From Amphiscolops sp. MND2022 (lineage: Eukaryota), in assembly GCA_964187785.1 (NCBI GenBank), contig OZ076409.1, positions 84,694,001 to 84,758,000 on the forward strand: a stretch of DNA of 64,000 bases, given 5' to 3'. The stretch's first letter is position 1; each line of letters opens with the position of its first letter. Shown here piece after piece: positions 13,491 to 28,006 of this stretch. The notes beneath the pieces are model-generated. The model did no database searches. It was given only the letters and a program-made list of their open reading frames with translations, and was not told where the DNA came from. Made by a program: the position numbers and the translations under genes.

Positions 13491-16288
13491 GTGTTTGCAG
13501 TGAGGCTTATCAGGGATGCTGATGTTATCAATTTTCAACGCTAGAGGTTTGCCGATACCAAACGAAATAGTTTCACATTTTGAAGAAGTGATGGACAGTT
13601 TGTTGCAAGTAAACCACTTTGTCAATTCATATATATTTTTTTGAATCGTTAATAAATCTTGTTTTCCGGATTGGAAGAGAGAAGGTACGTCTGCAAATTT
13701 TGCGATTTTACTTTTTGTTGATCAAACAGCAGGCAAGTAATTGATATAAACTAGAAAAAAGGAAAGGCCCAAGATGGAACCCTGAGGTACACCAGTAAGA
13801 ACAGGAAGTTTTTCGGAAGTTCTTTTATTATCAAATACATATCGCTGTCTGTTTGTTAGTTAGTCACTCATGAGCTGAAATATAGGTCCTCTGAAGCCAT
13901 AATTGTACAATTTGTTAAGCAATTGAGAGTGGTCCAAGGAATCAAAAGCTTTTCTGAGGTCGATAAAACACGTTTGACTGGTAAATTGTTTGTTGATTGC
14001 ATCACGTATAAAATCGGTTCGTTTATTTACTGCATTTTACTAATTGCCGAATTGTACTGGAGTGAAAAAATCATTCTTAACAAAAAAATATTCATCCGGA
14101 TGTACATCAGTTTCTCGAAAACCTAAGTCAGTGAACTTAGTAGACTATTCGAACGGTAGTTTTCAGGATCACTATAATCACTTTTTTGGTGGAGCGCGAT
14201 AACCTTTGCACTTTAAATGCATTCTGAAAAAAAATCCATTATCGTGGCATTCATTGAACGCTTTGGAGAGATGCTCTTCTATCATTGGTGAGCAGCAATT
14301 GAGTATTTCATTGCTAATACCATCAGATCCAGAACTCTTTTTTTTGTTTCAATAAAAAAATTTTGTGCAAATTCGTCGGTACTAGTATCATTTAAAACCA
14401 TTGTCTTATCATAACGATGGATATTAATGGTAAGATGTGGTTTTGGTTCTTGCCGGGAGAGTTCAGGACCTATAGATGTAAAAGACTTGTGTTATTCATC
14501 AATATCTATTTTCAAGTATCGTGATTGATAGCTTTGTGTTCGGCATTTCCATGTTCATTTCATCGTTGTTGTAGATGGATTCGTTCCCAGTTTGATGAAA
14601 TTGGCATCCCTTTCTGCCTTTCGTATGACTAAAGTGACTAAATTGCGCTGTTTTTTATATGTTTCTCTAATAAAATCACTGGGATCCAAAACCCATTTGT
14701 GGAAAAGCTCATCGCGATTGGTCACAGCTTTTTTAACTTTGTTTGTTTCCCAGTCATTTCTATTGTTTTGTGACTTGATAAAAGTTTCTGGAGCGAAGCG
14801 ATCAACACATTCAATTATCGATCGCGCAATTTTCTCTGTTTGGATTATTCCTCCGAAGTAGGTCTGTTTCAGGTTTTGATCTAACAAAAAAGGAAACCTC
14901 AGTGCATTTTCGCCTTCAATACCACGACGATCTCTTGTTTTTCGAATAGAGGGTTTATGTTTTTTTTCCATCTATTGATAGATATATTTCACCTAAAATA
15001 AATTGATCACCAATTGTTATGGGGATTGTCTGTGTTTGCGTTTGGAAGCTAGTGATAAAATGACTCAAACAAATGGATGATATAGCGGTAACCATTGTTG
15101 GCTGAAACTTTTGCTCTTCAACATCAAACGCATACACTAACTTTTCATAATCATTCCTGGATTTAAAGTCTACTATGGTTTCTATGATGAAGTCTCCAAA
15201 TACAACAGTATCATGTTTACGGCTTTTCACGAATGACAAAAAATCTTCAAACTGCGACACAAAGTCTTTTAGCTTGTGACTCTGAGGTTAATATACGACG
15301 CAAATATACTGTATTTAGTTGCTACCGAAATCCACCTCTTCTATAGGACACTCTATTCTGTTTCAATGATCAAGGTCTTGTACGTAACAGATTGCGGTAC
15401 AAAAATTGCCATATCCCCTCGTTCTCAGCCCAGATGATGATACTCTGGAAGAAATAGTTCGTTAATGGAGTCATTTTCAGTTAGCCAAGTTTCAGTTAAG
15501 GCTATGATTTTAGGCTTCTTCGAGAAATTTTCTAGCTCTATGAGCAAATTATGATGACATCTAAATTGTTGAACATTTACGCCCAAAAAAACTTTGTTAT
15601 GATTGGTAAGGAAGGCTGCTGTTAATTGATTCTTGATACAAAACATAAATTTCTCACAAGAATAAAGAGAGAGAGAGAGTGAGATTGAAATTGTTTGATA
15701 GAAACGCGATAGTTGATACCAACAACATGATTACTAGCACTTAATTTCCGGGGGAATAATATTATGTTATTCATCAAAAAATATACACTATCGCTTTTCT
15801 AAGCTACCGTTTTACCATCTGTATTTGGGGTGTTTTGGCTTTTTTCGTCATTGGTGTTTGTATATCTTCCACTTCAGATCCTGTGCCGAAAGTTCGTTTT
15901 GTCCTATCGGCATGTTGCTTCCCGAGTTGAACCGCTTGTGGAGCCAAGTCGCTCAACATCTGCGGACGTTTTATCCCAATAGAATGTACGTGCTTGTTTG
16001 GCTTTTTCACAAACACGCGAACTTCAGAATGACGAGTTGTAATGACCAAATTAAACCCCGAAGCTGCATTCTGGATGTTTCGATCAAATTTTGGCAAACG
16101 CTCTTCAGTAAAAATGGGCCTTCGGTTAGGAAACTTTGTTGAGCCAGCCAGCGATGCTCTTCGAAAATACACCTCATTTTCATTTTGATGTAGACAAATT
16201 TGATTATGCTAGGGGTTGGATGAAAACTTTTCTTTTTCCCCAGGGGATGAAGTCTTCAGGGTAGGCGCATTAATTCAGATAATAAAAC

Positions 16289-16810
16289 AACAAGGCGGGA
16301 ACGCCCCAAGTCGGCGCCATATCTAAGGCTCAAAAATAGCAAAAGGACTGCAAAGTTTAAAGTATTCTCTTTTACAGTACCCGCATGAGGAAAAATATTG
16401 AAAATAAAATTCCCAAAAATTTCTTCCGAAATGTTTTTTGGTCTCCGGTAAGTTGCACAGTGCCAAAAAAGGCGAAAGGGGGGCCTCGAGGAGTTTTTGA
16501 ATATCCATTCTTCTGCAAAATAGAAAAAAATTGAAGAGAGGGCACTATGACTAGGGAGACGTTCAAAAAAATTGCGAAAAAAAGTCCCACAAAGCTAAAA
16601 AAATTTTGGTGATGGTCGGGACTCGAACACATGTCCCTCAAAAAACCTATTTAAACTCTATGTCAAGTGCCAGTGAAAGTAGTGTGGCAGTTAATACTAG
16701 TACAAGTCAGCTTATAAAACTCATAAAATCTGTCAGTTCGTTGGTTTTTTTTTAAAAAAAGAAAAGTCACTGCAAGAGTCTGCGTTTTCTACGGAAACCG
16801 CTGACTAAAA
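16289..16810 (+). mobile_element. DINE-1/HINE-like non-autonomous Helentron-type element
   Basis: Starts acaag..gggaacg..aagtcggcgccatatctaagg, ends in a hairpin-like block and gactaaaa. Inserted in LINE ORF1. Confidence 0.65.
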
Positions 16811-16861
16811 ACTGACACAAACCTTCTTCAAGCATAGGCTTCTTCCAATTGGAACATTGTA

Positions 16862-17405
16862 AACAAGCCGGGAACGGCCCAAGTCGGCGCCATATCTAAG
16901 GCTCAAAAATAGCAAAAGGACTTCAATGGGTCAAGTATTCTCTTCTACAGTACCCGAGTGAGGAAAAAATTTAAAAAACAATCCGAATTTTTTGAAATTT
17001 TTTCGCGAAGTTTTTTTGGTCTCCGGTAAATCGCATAGTGCCAAAAAAGATGAAAAGGGGGGCCTTTGGGAGTTTTTGAACATCCATTTTTCTGCAAAAT
17101 AGGAAAAAAATGAAGGGAGACCCTTTGGAGACATTTAAGAAATTTGCAAAAATGTCTCACCAAGTTGAAAAACCTGCACAAAAGTTTTCGGTCATGAGCG
17201 GGACTCGAACCCAGATCCTTCTGCTTGACAGACATCAAAAACAATTCTTATTAACCACTATTCTAAGTGGCAGTAGAAGTTACATGTGTGGCAGTTAGTG
17301 GACGCAGCTTATAAAGCTTATGAAATCTGTTACTTCGTTGGTCTTAAAAAAAGAAAAAAGTCACTGCTATAGCCTGCGTTTTCTGCGAAACGTGCCGACT
17401 AAAAA
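16862..17405 (+). mobile_element. DINE-1/HINE-like element, second copy 50 bp from the first
   Basis: Same termini. Contains a reversed tRNA 3' half (gggttcgagtccc B box on the minus strand, ~17195-17235). Confidence 0.65.
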
Positions 17406-19411
17406 AGGGAATACTTTGATGACTGACGCGCCCGCTCCAATACTCCCCTCTTCTTAAAAATCCTCCACTCTATTAGTAAGTTGAATAATTGCTTGGTCTT
17501 TTTTGGTAAGCTTTCGGAACATCAATTTGAATAAGTTTCGAAAATTTTTATCATCAATTTTTGAGATCACAGTTTGCAAATTTTCAGAGTTGATTTCGGT
17601 CATTGCTGATGTTAAGTTTGCTAGAATCTCGTTGTTGATAAACACGACTGCTCAGTGCAACATCAATTACGGAAATTACAGAAATGTTTCCGTAAAAGGT
17701 TTAGAAAATCATAGTAAACGTTGGTCGAAACTTAGGAGAAAAGTTGATTTTTGTTAACTTCCTTTCAAATTTTCTCTGGCTTAATAGGCTTTTACTGTAA
17801 ATTTTTCTGGAAACATGGCTCTTTTGATAAGATCTTACCATGGCAAAATGAATACCATGGCAAGATGTTCCAAGATCTTGCCAAGATCTTACTAAGATAT
17901 CCACAGAGGGTCAACCCGGGAAACGAAAATGATTGTAAACCGTTGAATTGAGAATGTGACTATATGTGAAGTTTGAAAGACTCGTTTCGTCTTTCTTTGT
18001 TTTTTTCTGGGTTTCTTTTTTCGGACGACGTGTTGAAATTTGAAGCCAGAGAACTGATTCGAGGCTACAATTTGTTCGCCTGATACGTGATACGTATCGT
18101 GATACGTACGTATCGAGATAAAGTATGAGAAAGCTCGACAAAATTCACATAATAACAAAACTGTGAAACATGTTCAAATTATTGATAGAATTTACTGAAT
18201 GCTACCACATCACATCCTAAATTTCAGTAGTTCGCGTTGCCTTAAAACCCACCATTGAATAATTATAGTGTAGTTGGAAGTGCGACGATCAATAGCAAAT
18301 TGTAAACAGTCATGAAGTTTGTTTTGCAAGTTATTCTTTTTCTCTAGTTGAGATTCTTATTCAAGAGGTTTGTGTGAAGCAAGAATAAACAAGAACTTAT
18401 CAGGGTTTGCAAGATTGAACAGGAATATGAAAGAATACGTAAGATCTCCTCCAAAGTTTCAAAGTATTTTGCACTGGGCAGTAGTCTAAGTTCCTCGAGG
18501 CTTGAAACAAAAGTTGTAGTTCAAATGAAAATCGAACCGAATTTTGCTCTGAAATTTCTTTCCAAATGCATATCCACATATCCAATGAAATCTTGTGCCT
18601 TCAGCATTTTAGCCTGCGATATCATATGAAAGCAGCCTTCTGTTTTTCTACCATTGAATAAGCACCTTTTGTTCATCTTGGTAAAAATAATGTTGAAATT
18701 ATATACGAATTGCAAAACGCAATTCTGAAGAATTTATCGTGAAATATATTCATTCATTTTTATTCCTACCAAAACTTTTTTCTCTTCTGTCTGAAAATTT
18801 CTCTTTTGTTTTTAAAATTGTAAAGTTTCTTTGTTTCCTGATAAAAAAGTAATAACTTTGTATAATTGTATTTGAATTGCGTCTCGTCTGCTATTGTGGA
18901 TCACTTCTTTCGAGACGGGTGTTTTTTGTTCGGAGAATTGCAAAAACGTCATTCAATTTTTTTCCTTCACATTTAATTGCATGCAGCCGCCATACTGTGA
19001 AAGTCAAATTGAAATCAAGTTATTGAAACTCTCGTAACAATAGTACACGAGACGATATTGAACTCGTGAATTGTCACCATGTAATCAATTTGCTAGAAAC
19101 ATGATTAATGATTGCGGAAGCTTTGTTTCGGATGCTTACCTGAGAAATGAGACGACAAAACTGTATCATACACTAGGATACCAAAAAACTAGACACACTT
19201 GATGCCGCTCACAAAAAATTTCATCGCAAAAAATTTTGCATCACAATTTTTATTGACCAAAAATCCCAGGAGGAAAATTTTGGCATATGCTCATCAGAAC
19301 TACGGGTATTTTAAGTAAAACTGAAGATTAAAAACTAAATAAAAACTAAACAAGACGCCCGCTAAGCACCGGGATATTTTTCTCCCTTTTAGCCTCCATA
19401 ACTTGAGCCAT

Positions 19412-19577
19412 AGCTATTTTGGGAGGGGAATAGGATCTAAATAATAAGATCTAAAAATTAGTGATTTTAGATCCTATTCCCTTTAGATCTTATTCCCGTC
19501 CTGAAATTTTAGATCTTATTCCCTTCGGATCTTAATCCCATTTTTGACTTTAGATCTTATTCCCCCCTCCTAAATAG
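19412..19577. mobile_element. Small MITE with internal agatcttattccc subrepeats
   Basis: Imperfect TIRs ctattttgggaggggaata / tattcccccctcctaaatag. Confidence 0.6.
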
Positions 19578-21343
19578 TCACGTAATTAAATAGTCAAGTG
19601 ATGGAGCGTGGAGATTTGGCAGAATTTGGAAAAAAACGCAACACAGATGTTGCTTTTCCTCCCCATTGAAAATGTGGGTCGGAAAATAATATCACAACGT
19701 TCACTTTTGTCTTTCGGCATTTTCTGAACGTTGTCTTTCAATATTAAAACTGCCTGATATTTGTACCTGCCTGATTCAAACTTTGTACCTTTGACACAGA
19801 TTTCTAAAATTTGACCTTGACACTTTCTCTGAAAACGTTCTCCTAATGATTTTACACTGCAAAATTATCACAACATGCAATCTCTTCTCTTTTACACTGT
19901 AAAATATCGTTTTGAAGTAATTACAACTGGTTTTGGCAGTTCATTTTTCAAGAAAACATTTTCACAGAAAGCATTTGAAAATAAAGAAAGGTGTCAAAGC
20001 TACGAAAATGATCCAAGGAGGTTTTTCTTCTGACTCGTAGTTTTCAGGATATTGCGTAATAAAATTCGCAACCCCTCAAAAAACTAACTTCCTAATTTTT
20101 GATCCGACTTCGAAACAAAAAATACGGTTGTAGTTTTTAAGAAGTTTTCGGTTCCGGGACCATTTTACTCCTTAAAATGAATAAAATTAAAGACATAGCT
20201 GTCTGAATTTTTTCGTTCGCCAAATTGAGTCTCCAACTTTTTGGTACGCTATCATCTCATGCCTTTAGATTCATTAGAATAAGATTGAAAGACTACTGGT
20301 TGAATTATAACTGTTGTTGAAAGATAACTGAGAACGGACTCAAATTGAGAACTACAGTCGTTAGTTAGTTGAGTTGCCTCTCCAGGTTGTCGCCAAGCCA
20401 CCCTTGCGAGATGTCCGGCGCGCACCACATGTGAGCAGATCAACATTCCTGCACTACATATCAAGAGACCCAGAAGTACGCGGAAACCAAAAGAACATTT
20501 CAAGTATGGTGGTCTATCAAACTCTTCCATAGACTTTTATGTTCATTTTAAATAAGTGTTCAGTTGAGTATTGCACTCTTCGTCTTTATTTGAAGCCGAA
20601 AATTTCGATAACTTTTGTACAGATTGATGTTTTCCTTTGTTTTCAATTTCTCTTGATGTTACCTTTAAAAAAGGAAAAGTGCGTTGATCAAATAAAAACA
20701 ATCAAAAGAGCAACTCGATTGTTGCCTGAAATGAATCCAATCCTCGTTTTACTGCAAAAATTAGCGGAATAAGGCCATATTTGATGCCTTTATGCTTCCT
20801 CGTAGTACCAGGATACACATGCCGCAATTATGCGGAAAACATTCAAAAACAGTATAATGATACACTCAGGATGCAGCATAACAAATTCACACACATTGTG
20901 CTTACAATTTACACTGCATTATGCGGTTTGCATAGAACAGCATATGAAGTTTCAATAAGAAACAGCATAACATCTACACGTGTGGTCATGCATACACTTT
21001 ACGTTATAGTATGCGGAAATCCTACAAAAACAGCATAATGATCCTAATCAAAAACAGCATGATGATTTTAATCAAAATCTGCATAATGATCATCACACTG
21101 GTGCTCACATATTATGGTGTATCAAATGGCTTATGCAGAATCTTCAGAAAAACAGCATGATGCTTAAAAGTGAAAACAACATAACGAATTTATGTGCGGC
21201 GGCGCCAATATATTATACTGTAATATGCGGTTTTCATAAGACAGTGTAGGGGGAATTATGACAACAATCAGCATAATCTGCATAAAATTCAGCGTTAATC
21301 CGCCGCTACTACAGAGCCACATTTAAACTTTCTAGGGACATGA

Positions 21344-22206
21344 TGTAACGGTTTATTTTCAACTTCTGAGCCAAGAAACATGACGTCATGATGATTTGCA
21401 TAAAATTGATGGCCATGCTACCAAAAATACCACCCAATGGAATCATTTGAATAGGGACCCTGAAAAACATCATTTTCTAACAATCATTCAACAAAATTCT
21501 CACATACAGCGCAGTCACTCAATTTCACAACGGACCCATAATCCACGAAATCGGCAATTTTCTTTGACTGTAAAACCTACTTCTATAGTTTCATTTTCTC
21601 CTAAATATCTTTGTAATTCAAAGATTTTCGCACTCAACACTGTTTTCATCATGGGAAACAAGAGAAAGGTACGTCCAAGGAGAGTAGAATCTCAGTCTTC
21701 TGACAGAGACGGAAATGCTCCAGAAACAAGCTTCACTAAAGGTTATGCGACTTTAGTTGATGTTTCTGAAAATGTTGATAACAATTTAGACAGGACCTTA
21801 AGTAGCTATCTAACAGAATTTTCCCAAGTCAGTAATGAGATGGAGGCAATAACCCAGAGGTTGTCTGAACAAAACAGCCTTAAACAGACACAAATTGAAC
21901 AACAGCTGAATAGTAGATTTGAAGAGATACTTAAAGAACCCAGAACAAATAGAGAAGACAATTTGACAAATGATGAAGAGGATGCCGAGGACAGTAGACC
22001 TAGCACATCAAATTCAGAAAATAAACATCTCAGGAGAAAACACGCATCAAATAACGAAATTGATAAAGACAGAAATCAGGAAAATCGCTTTCAGTCCTCA
22101 GGAATGCATGAATTAAGGCAACCGTCAACTCCTTTCGGAGTTGCAAATAAGACCTTGGATGATACAATTATAATAAACGAAAACAGACAGGAAGCCGATT
22201 ATCAAA
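21344..22206 (+). mobile_element. Putative solo LTR carrying a gag-like N-terminal ORF
   Basis: Begins TGTAAC. Low-complexity coiled-coil ORF MGNKRKVRPRRVESQS...EADY ends at tatca(a)a. Same layout as 25476-26279. TSD not clear. Confidence 0.45.
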
Positions 22207-23499
22207 CAGATCTGATTAATTTTCAGGTTATAATTGATTCGAAGTCAGAAATGGAAACTGGAACTAAATAAATTATTACCGAACTGCACACATTCGAAAA
22301 TGATAATTTCATCATGAATTAAAGATCGGAAAATGAATCCTATATTTTGGTGTTCTTCCCTCCAGTTAGGCGTTTGTCCCCTAGTTGAGACAGCAGGAAC
22401 TTTTTACATGCTGCAGGTCGGTATGCAGGGTAATTTTCAATGGAACCTAGAAAATTCAGTGGTACTTCAAGTTGTAAAACTTGTAGAATTACACTGCATT
22501 TTCCACTACAGAAATTAAATTTGAAAATAAACACCACTTCATCACTGACACGATCACTTTATATTTACACTTTGCCTTCTCAACTACTCATGTGATGTGA
22601 TCACTAACAATTTTTCTCGGCGGAATATTAACGTTTTCGGCGCCGAGAATTGGCGGAATTTTTTCTAATTCGGCGGGAAAAATCTGACCAAGCATTGCAA
22701 AATCGTTTTGAAAGGTTTTACAAATCCTGGTTATAAATAATGAAGAGCAGTTTCTCCGTATCCATTGCCGTCATATGAGGTCGATCAGCGAGGGCTCTGT
22801 TCAATGCTAAAAAAATCTTTCAACGGAATCACTCAGATACACATTTCTCAGAAATACGCTGGTATACGTTCTCTGAAAATTACAGAGAGACACATTTCTC
22901 AGAAAGACTCATATTTTCAGCGAGCCGCCGCTTGTCTGCGGAAAATGCAAAATTCGGCGTTATTCAGCGGTTCGGCACCGTCGAAAAACATTTGCAAGTG
23001 ATCACCGCTTCTCAAATAGGACGCTAAACATGACGCTAACTTACAGTTTATTACGTGACTGAAGATGTTTTGCATGTTGAGATGAGAGCGGTTAATTTTC
23101 TTTCAAAACTAGACGTAATGCTTCTTAATGAAACCTGCAGAACTTGAATGGTTAAAATTGCCGCCAAAACGTTGTTGGACGTTTCAAGCAGCTTGATAAA
23201 AGTCGAATACAACAGGGAAATATGTTTGCATTAAAGTTTCCGTAAGAGTTTCGATTTCCGAAACATCATAAAAAAAGTTGCTGGCAACATTAAAGTACAT
23301 GCAAAAGTTCAACAAGGGCCAAAACTTTATGATGGTCGTCACATAGTGGCTCGTTTGGCCATTCAACAGATCTCAAATTCCACATCAAATCTTCCACGTT
23401 CTGTTATTTGTTCATTGCAAATGCTTTTTGAAGTTTTCGAAATATAAAAAAAAGCCTAGTTCCCGCTTTTAATAGAAATTTACACTCAACTACTTTTGA

Positions 23500-23700
23500 G
23501 TCCCCCTTTGAGTTTTTTTTGTAATTTTGCAACAGAATGTTTGTTTATAAATCGAAAAAGGTCCCCTCTTTTACATTTTTCAGCACTATGCGACATTTTT
23601 CGAAAGAAAAAAATACAAAAATTTCATTTTTTTCCAAAAAAAATGTTTTGTGCTTTTTGAACCTTAGATATAGCGCGACTTTGAACGTTCTCGTCTTGTT
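23500..23700 (-). mobile_element. DINE-1/HINE-like fragment
   Basis: Reverse complement of the aacaagacg..aagtcg..ctatatctaagg terminus. Confidence 0.6.
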
Positions 23701-23799
23701 AAATATCGCAGAATCAATGCTTGTTTATAGTTTTTTTAAGAAAGTAATGAGCTTTGTTGTGGTTGTATGAAAAACTTATCAGTTGTCTTTTCTTATTGT

Positions 23800-25450
23800 T
23801 TATTTTGCCTTCTATCCATTAACTCTCAAAATCATCCTCATTAGTATGAAGTAAACCTTTTTCGTTCCGTCGATTGTTTCCCATAGTTCTGTTATACTTG
23901 ATTAGTCTTTAGTCTAGTTATTTTTCGTCGTTTTTTGTCATTCTCAATTTCAGCCCAGAAACTTAGAATATTTGGTTGAAGGGTTCATCCATATGTTTAG
24001 TTCAAGTGTTCACGTGGAAGTGGTCAGCAATATTTTTTGATATTTTAAGCAACAAATTCCAAATGTTGAGCGAAATATTTAGTACTCGGCTGAAATAAAC
24101 CAACTCCGTTTTGTCGGACAACCTTTTCTCTGATTTTCAGTTCAAAATAAAGATATTCGGTAAATAATTATAGCTTCCTTGGTTTCCGACGTCTTAGAAT
24201 GTTTCGCTATCGGCCGTTCACCAAATCGATCTTCTGCGATTACACGTAGGTCTGATCTTCGTATAGTTTTTTGTGTAGTTTCTCAGCGAATATATTTGTA
24301 ATTCTTGTAATTCAGTTCGTTAATTTTGTTTTCCATTATGGTGTTTTGTGCCTTGGTATTAAAAATTCTACCTGTAGCTGAGCCTACGGTACAAAGTTTG
24401 ATTTTTCGTTCAAGGTTTTCCCGCATCTCCGGCCTCCAGAATATGTTTGCTCATCATATGTTTGTGATTGTCATCATTGAAAGTCCGGAGTGACCGAAGC
24501 GTAAAATGTCGAGTAGTCTTGTCAAGATCCACCATCAGGAAGTTGTCGCCCCGCAAAATGATACTTTCTTCCTCGGTATCTACCGCAATTCGTTTCGCGT
24601 CTACTTCACTTTTCCGGAACTTCTGATTCGTCGTGTTCTCCCAATTGTATCGGTCGGTATTCTCCACCTAACCGGTTTGCTTTATGAGTAAGTTCGGCGT
24701 CTATGTCCACTCTTTCCTCTCAGCTTTTAAGGTTTGGTCGAGACTGCGCGACTATTGATCTTTGTGGTATTCTCGTATCTTCAACATCTTCAACTCGCGT
24801 TCACTTCATTTTGTTTCCGTCGATTTGTCTGTGTTTGGTTATTCTGTTGCTCAATTTCTTTCTCGGTCAAGTTTTGTGCTATTCCGGGTTCCTTTTTTTG
24901 CATTCTGGTTGGTTGTCCGTACGTTCAGTTCAAGTCTGCGTGTTCGGTGAATATGTTGAATATGTTGATCACATACTCATCTTCTTGTATCCCGATACTG
25001 CTCCCCCTACGGCTTTTTGACAAGATGCTACTGACGCAACACCAGCAATTAGGCTTGTAGCCGGTTCCGGCCGAATAAAGTGCTGAGTGGTTAGAGTGAT
25101 ATGCGTGTTCCAATTAGTCGGTTAAACGCTTGTACCTTATTTAGAAGCTTAGAAGTTCCTTTAGTAAGGATCATTAGTGCTATTTAAAGTGTTTGTTGCT
25201 GAATGAACCAATAACCATTTGTACCAGTCGCTGGTCCTAATCCGGTGATAAATCATATTAAATAATTTTGTGAAGCCTGTTCGCCTCTGTTGTATTATCA
25301 TGCGATCATAACGCTTGTTGCTTTATTTGCTTAGGGACGGTGCACGCTTAGGCACCTGCTTTAGTTCATGAACGCATAGTTTGAATACTTCTACCTTGTG
25401 TTGTTGATTTGAAACTAGTATTTGTTTACGGCCTGATGACCTAAATAATG
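23800..25450 (-). mobile_element. Highly decayed Gypsy pol-like remnant
   Basis: EDEYVINIF resembles the post-RNase H DEDFVINQI segment of the Gypsy at 4000-9610; catalytic motifs not recovered. Confidence 0.35.
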
Positions 25451-25475
25451 CTTTGATATTCTTTCAAAACACCAA

Positions 25476-26279
25476 TGTGAAGAATGTCAGCGCAATGGGA
25501 TGATTTGTTGGTTATTAGAAGGAACCTAATAAGGACTCTAAAAATGTTGTCAGTGCTACTTGATAAAATATGTAAAAATACAGTTGTCATGCCGACGGAA
25601 GTATAAAAAGCCTCTTCTTCCTGAAACGAACATATTCCGCAGAACGTTGCTATAGTTCAGTTGCTTCAAACTATTTTCTTCGATTGAATTCAAATATCCG
25701 TTATCAGAAATTCTTGATGCCTACTACGAGAGAACAAAAGGAAGCTAGAAAATCTAGAGAAGTAGTAATTTTATCAGACATTTAAAATCTTGACATAATG
25801 CTAGGAGGAAATAACGCTGAAAGGGAAGAAAGCGACTTTTGTAATTCTGTTAGAAAGCCTGAGAGCCCCAGCTGTAACACATTGGTGAACCATGATGTGA
25901 ATTCTCACTCTAACTCTAGAGAAGATGAGATCAACAAGGGTTATGCCGGATATGGTCATAATTCAGGAGAGATTCATTCCAGCAGTGAAATCAAAAGGTT
26001 GTCTGCGGAATTAAATCAGAATCACCCAGGAAATGAGTGAACTTATGAGTAGTGTGAGTTCGCAAATACAAAGAGCCATAAACGAACAAGTTCTGCCTCA
26101 ATTCCAGTGTACTCTGAAATCCGGACAAGGACAGATACCTAACAGAAGGTGGAAAGTTCCGGCGAGAAGATCGGGATATAGACCCGAGGAAGCCCTAAAT
26201 CGTAAATTTAGAAGCGGTTTAAGAGATGAGCTCCCTAGAGACTTGAAAAGAAACGAGGATCTAGAGGACACTCATTACA
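25476..26279 (+). mobile_element. Putative solo LTR with decayed gag-like ORF start
   Basis: TG...CA ends (tgtgaag...cattaca), tataaaa at ~25602, broken ORF MPTTREQKEARKSRE...EDTHY ending exactly at the terminal taca. Confidence 0.45.
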
Positions 26280-28006
26280 ACAGGCTATGCTCCTCTCTTC
26301 GTACAATAATAGTTTGGACAATTATAATTGTCGTCGCCATTTCGATAGATCCTGATGTTGTTCGATATATCCTGATGAAGCGAAAATGGCGAATATTGCA
26401 GAGGACACAACCTCATGCAAGTTAGAATACAACAAAAATGAGCCCGAATAAAAAAGATTGGCTCACTTCAAATTCTTGACTTTTGATATAGACAAATTTT
26501 GACCGATAAAGTGTGGCTGGGGTGAAATCTATCCTGCAAATATTAAGAACTTCACAGAATTTCCTAGGATCACAGAATTGGAGCACAAATAGTGAATCAC
26601 AGATAGATATTGTGAACAGCTATCACAAAATTGAAGAGAACATCATTTATGTTGTGAAAAAAGTTTTGTTGATGGTTTGATTTACCGATTTTGTCATCTG
26701 TACTTTCGGAGATTTCAACTAAAGTTGTGTGATTCCTCGTTAAATTTGTAATTGGCTGTGATTTGAAGTAGTTTGAAAATTGTGGCATTCATGTAGCATT
26801 CTACAGACAAAATACCTTGGAACTTCAAAGTTGTTTTCTCAACTTTTGAATTTTTAGGAACATGCATTATGGAGAAAATTATTGATAATCTATCTTTCGG
26901 ATACATTTTTTAACGATTGAAATCAATAGGGTCTTGTAAGCTGTTACTCGATTGATAGGATTGTCGATAGTTGGAAAACCGTACAGGAGGTGGCTTGAGT
27001 GTTTCAATTAAAAGCCTGATAACTATCTTACTAGCACACAAAAATAGTAAAATAGTCGAACATAGTTTTTCTAAAGAACCCCCCGTTATTCTAAAATCAG
27101 ATTTAATATTTTTTTCAACAGCATACTTTATACTTTTACAAATCATTCAGATATAGTTTAAGGTTTTGAAGCAATTTCATGGAAGCAAGAAACCCACTTT
27201 TCCCATGAAAAGAAAACATTTTTCAAACTGATAAGATTCAGTGTGAGGTGTCAACTACAGGTGAAATAACTTCAATTATTCGAAAACATTTTAAATTCGA
27301 GGAAATTTTAACGAAAACGTAATCTTAAAACATTGCCTATCAATTGATGCCTAACTTTTTTATGGAGAGTACGAAAAAGACTGCTGCCTATTCACTACTG
27401 ATGTTTTCAGTTTTACGATAGCGATTAACTTAATTCCTTCGGTAATAACCACCTCTGAACTTCACAGCGACAAATAACTACCTCACAGCAACAAAAGCTT
27501 TGGGACAAGAAAGATTGGTTTTACCTGTTTATTTTTGGTGTTGAAGATTCAGCTTGATCTCAAGAGAAGCATCACCTGATCCACTGGCGAAATTCCAAAA
27601 GAATGATGCTTCGAACTACTGAGCTTCAATTTTTGCCAAACAATTGATCGCACCAAACCAACTGTAAGAACAATTTTCATTGGCTAATTCCACTCGAACA
27701 CATTTTTCAGCAAATGCAATTTGAATAGCGAAAACTTCCTGGAATTTTTAATTTGGTAGTTATCCAGCGATTGTGATTTTTAAATTGTTCATAATAAAAG
27801 CAAATTGACAAAAATCTGTGTAAGATTAGTTTTTCACAGTTTGCTTGCCAATTTGTTCCGAAAACTGATAATTTTTTGCGACAAATTGGCTAGCAAACTG
27901 CGGAAAAATAACACTAAACAGATGTCAATCAATAAATATAGGCCTAGAAACGCTCTGCAAATTTTTAATGTGTAAAACACTACTTTTTATAATCATCCAT
28001 ATGAAA

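Larger units (their letters stand above)
11672..17650 (-). mobile_element. Near full-length decayed CR1/L2-type LINE (ORF1 + APE-RT ORF2 + (TTCC)n tail)
   Basis: ORF1 pieces at 17645-17454 and 16172-15804 (IFTEERLPK). Endonuclease motifs IIALTETWL and VVFGDF. RT remnants at 14400-13300 (GVPQGSILG). 3' aataaa and (ttcc)n at 11672-11720. Confidence 0.88.
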
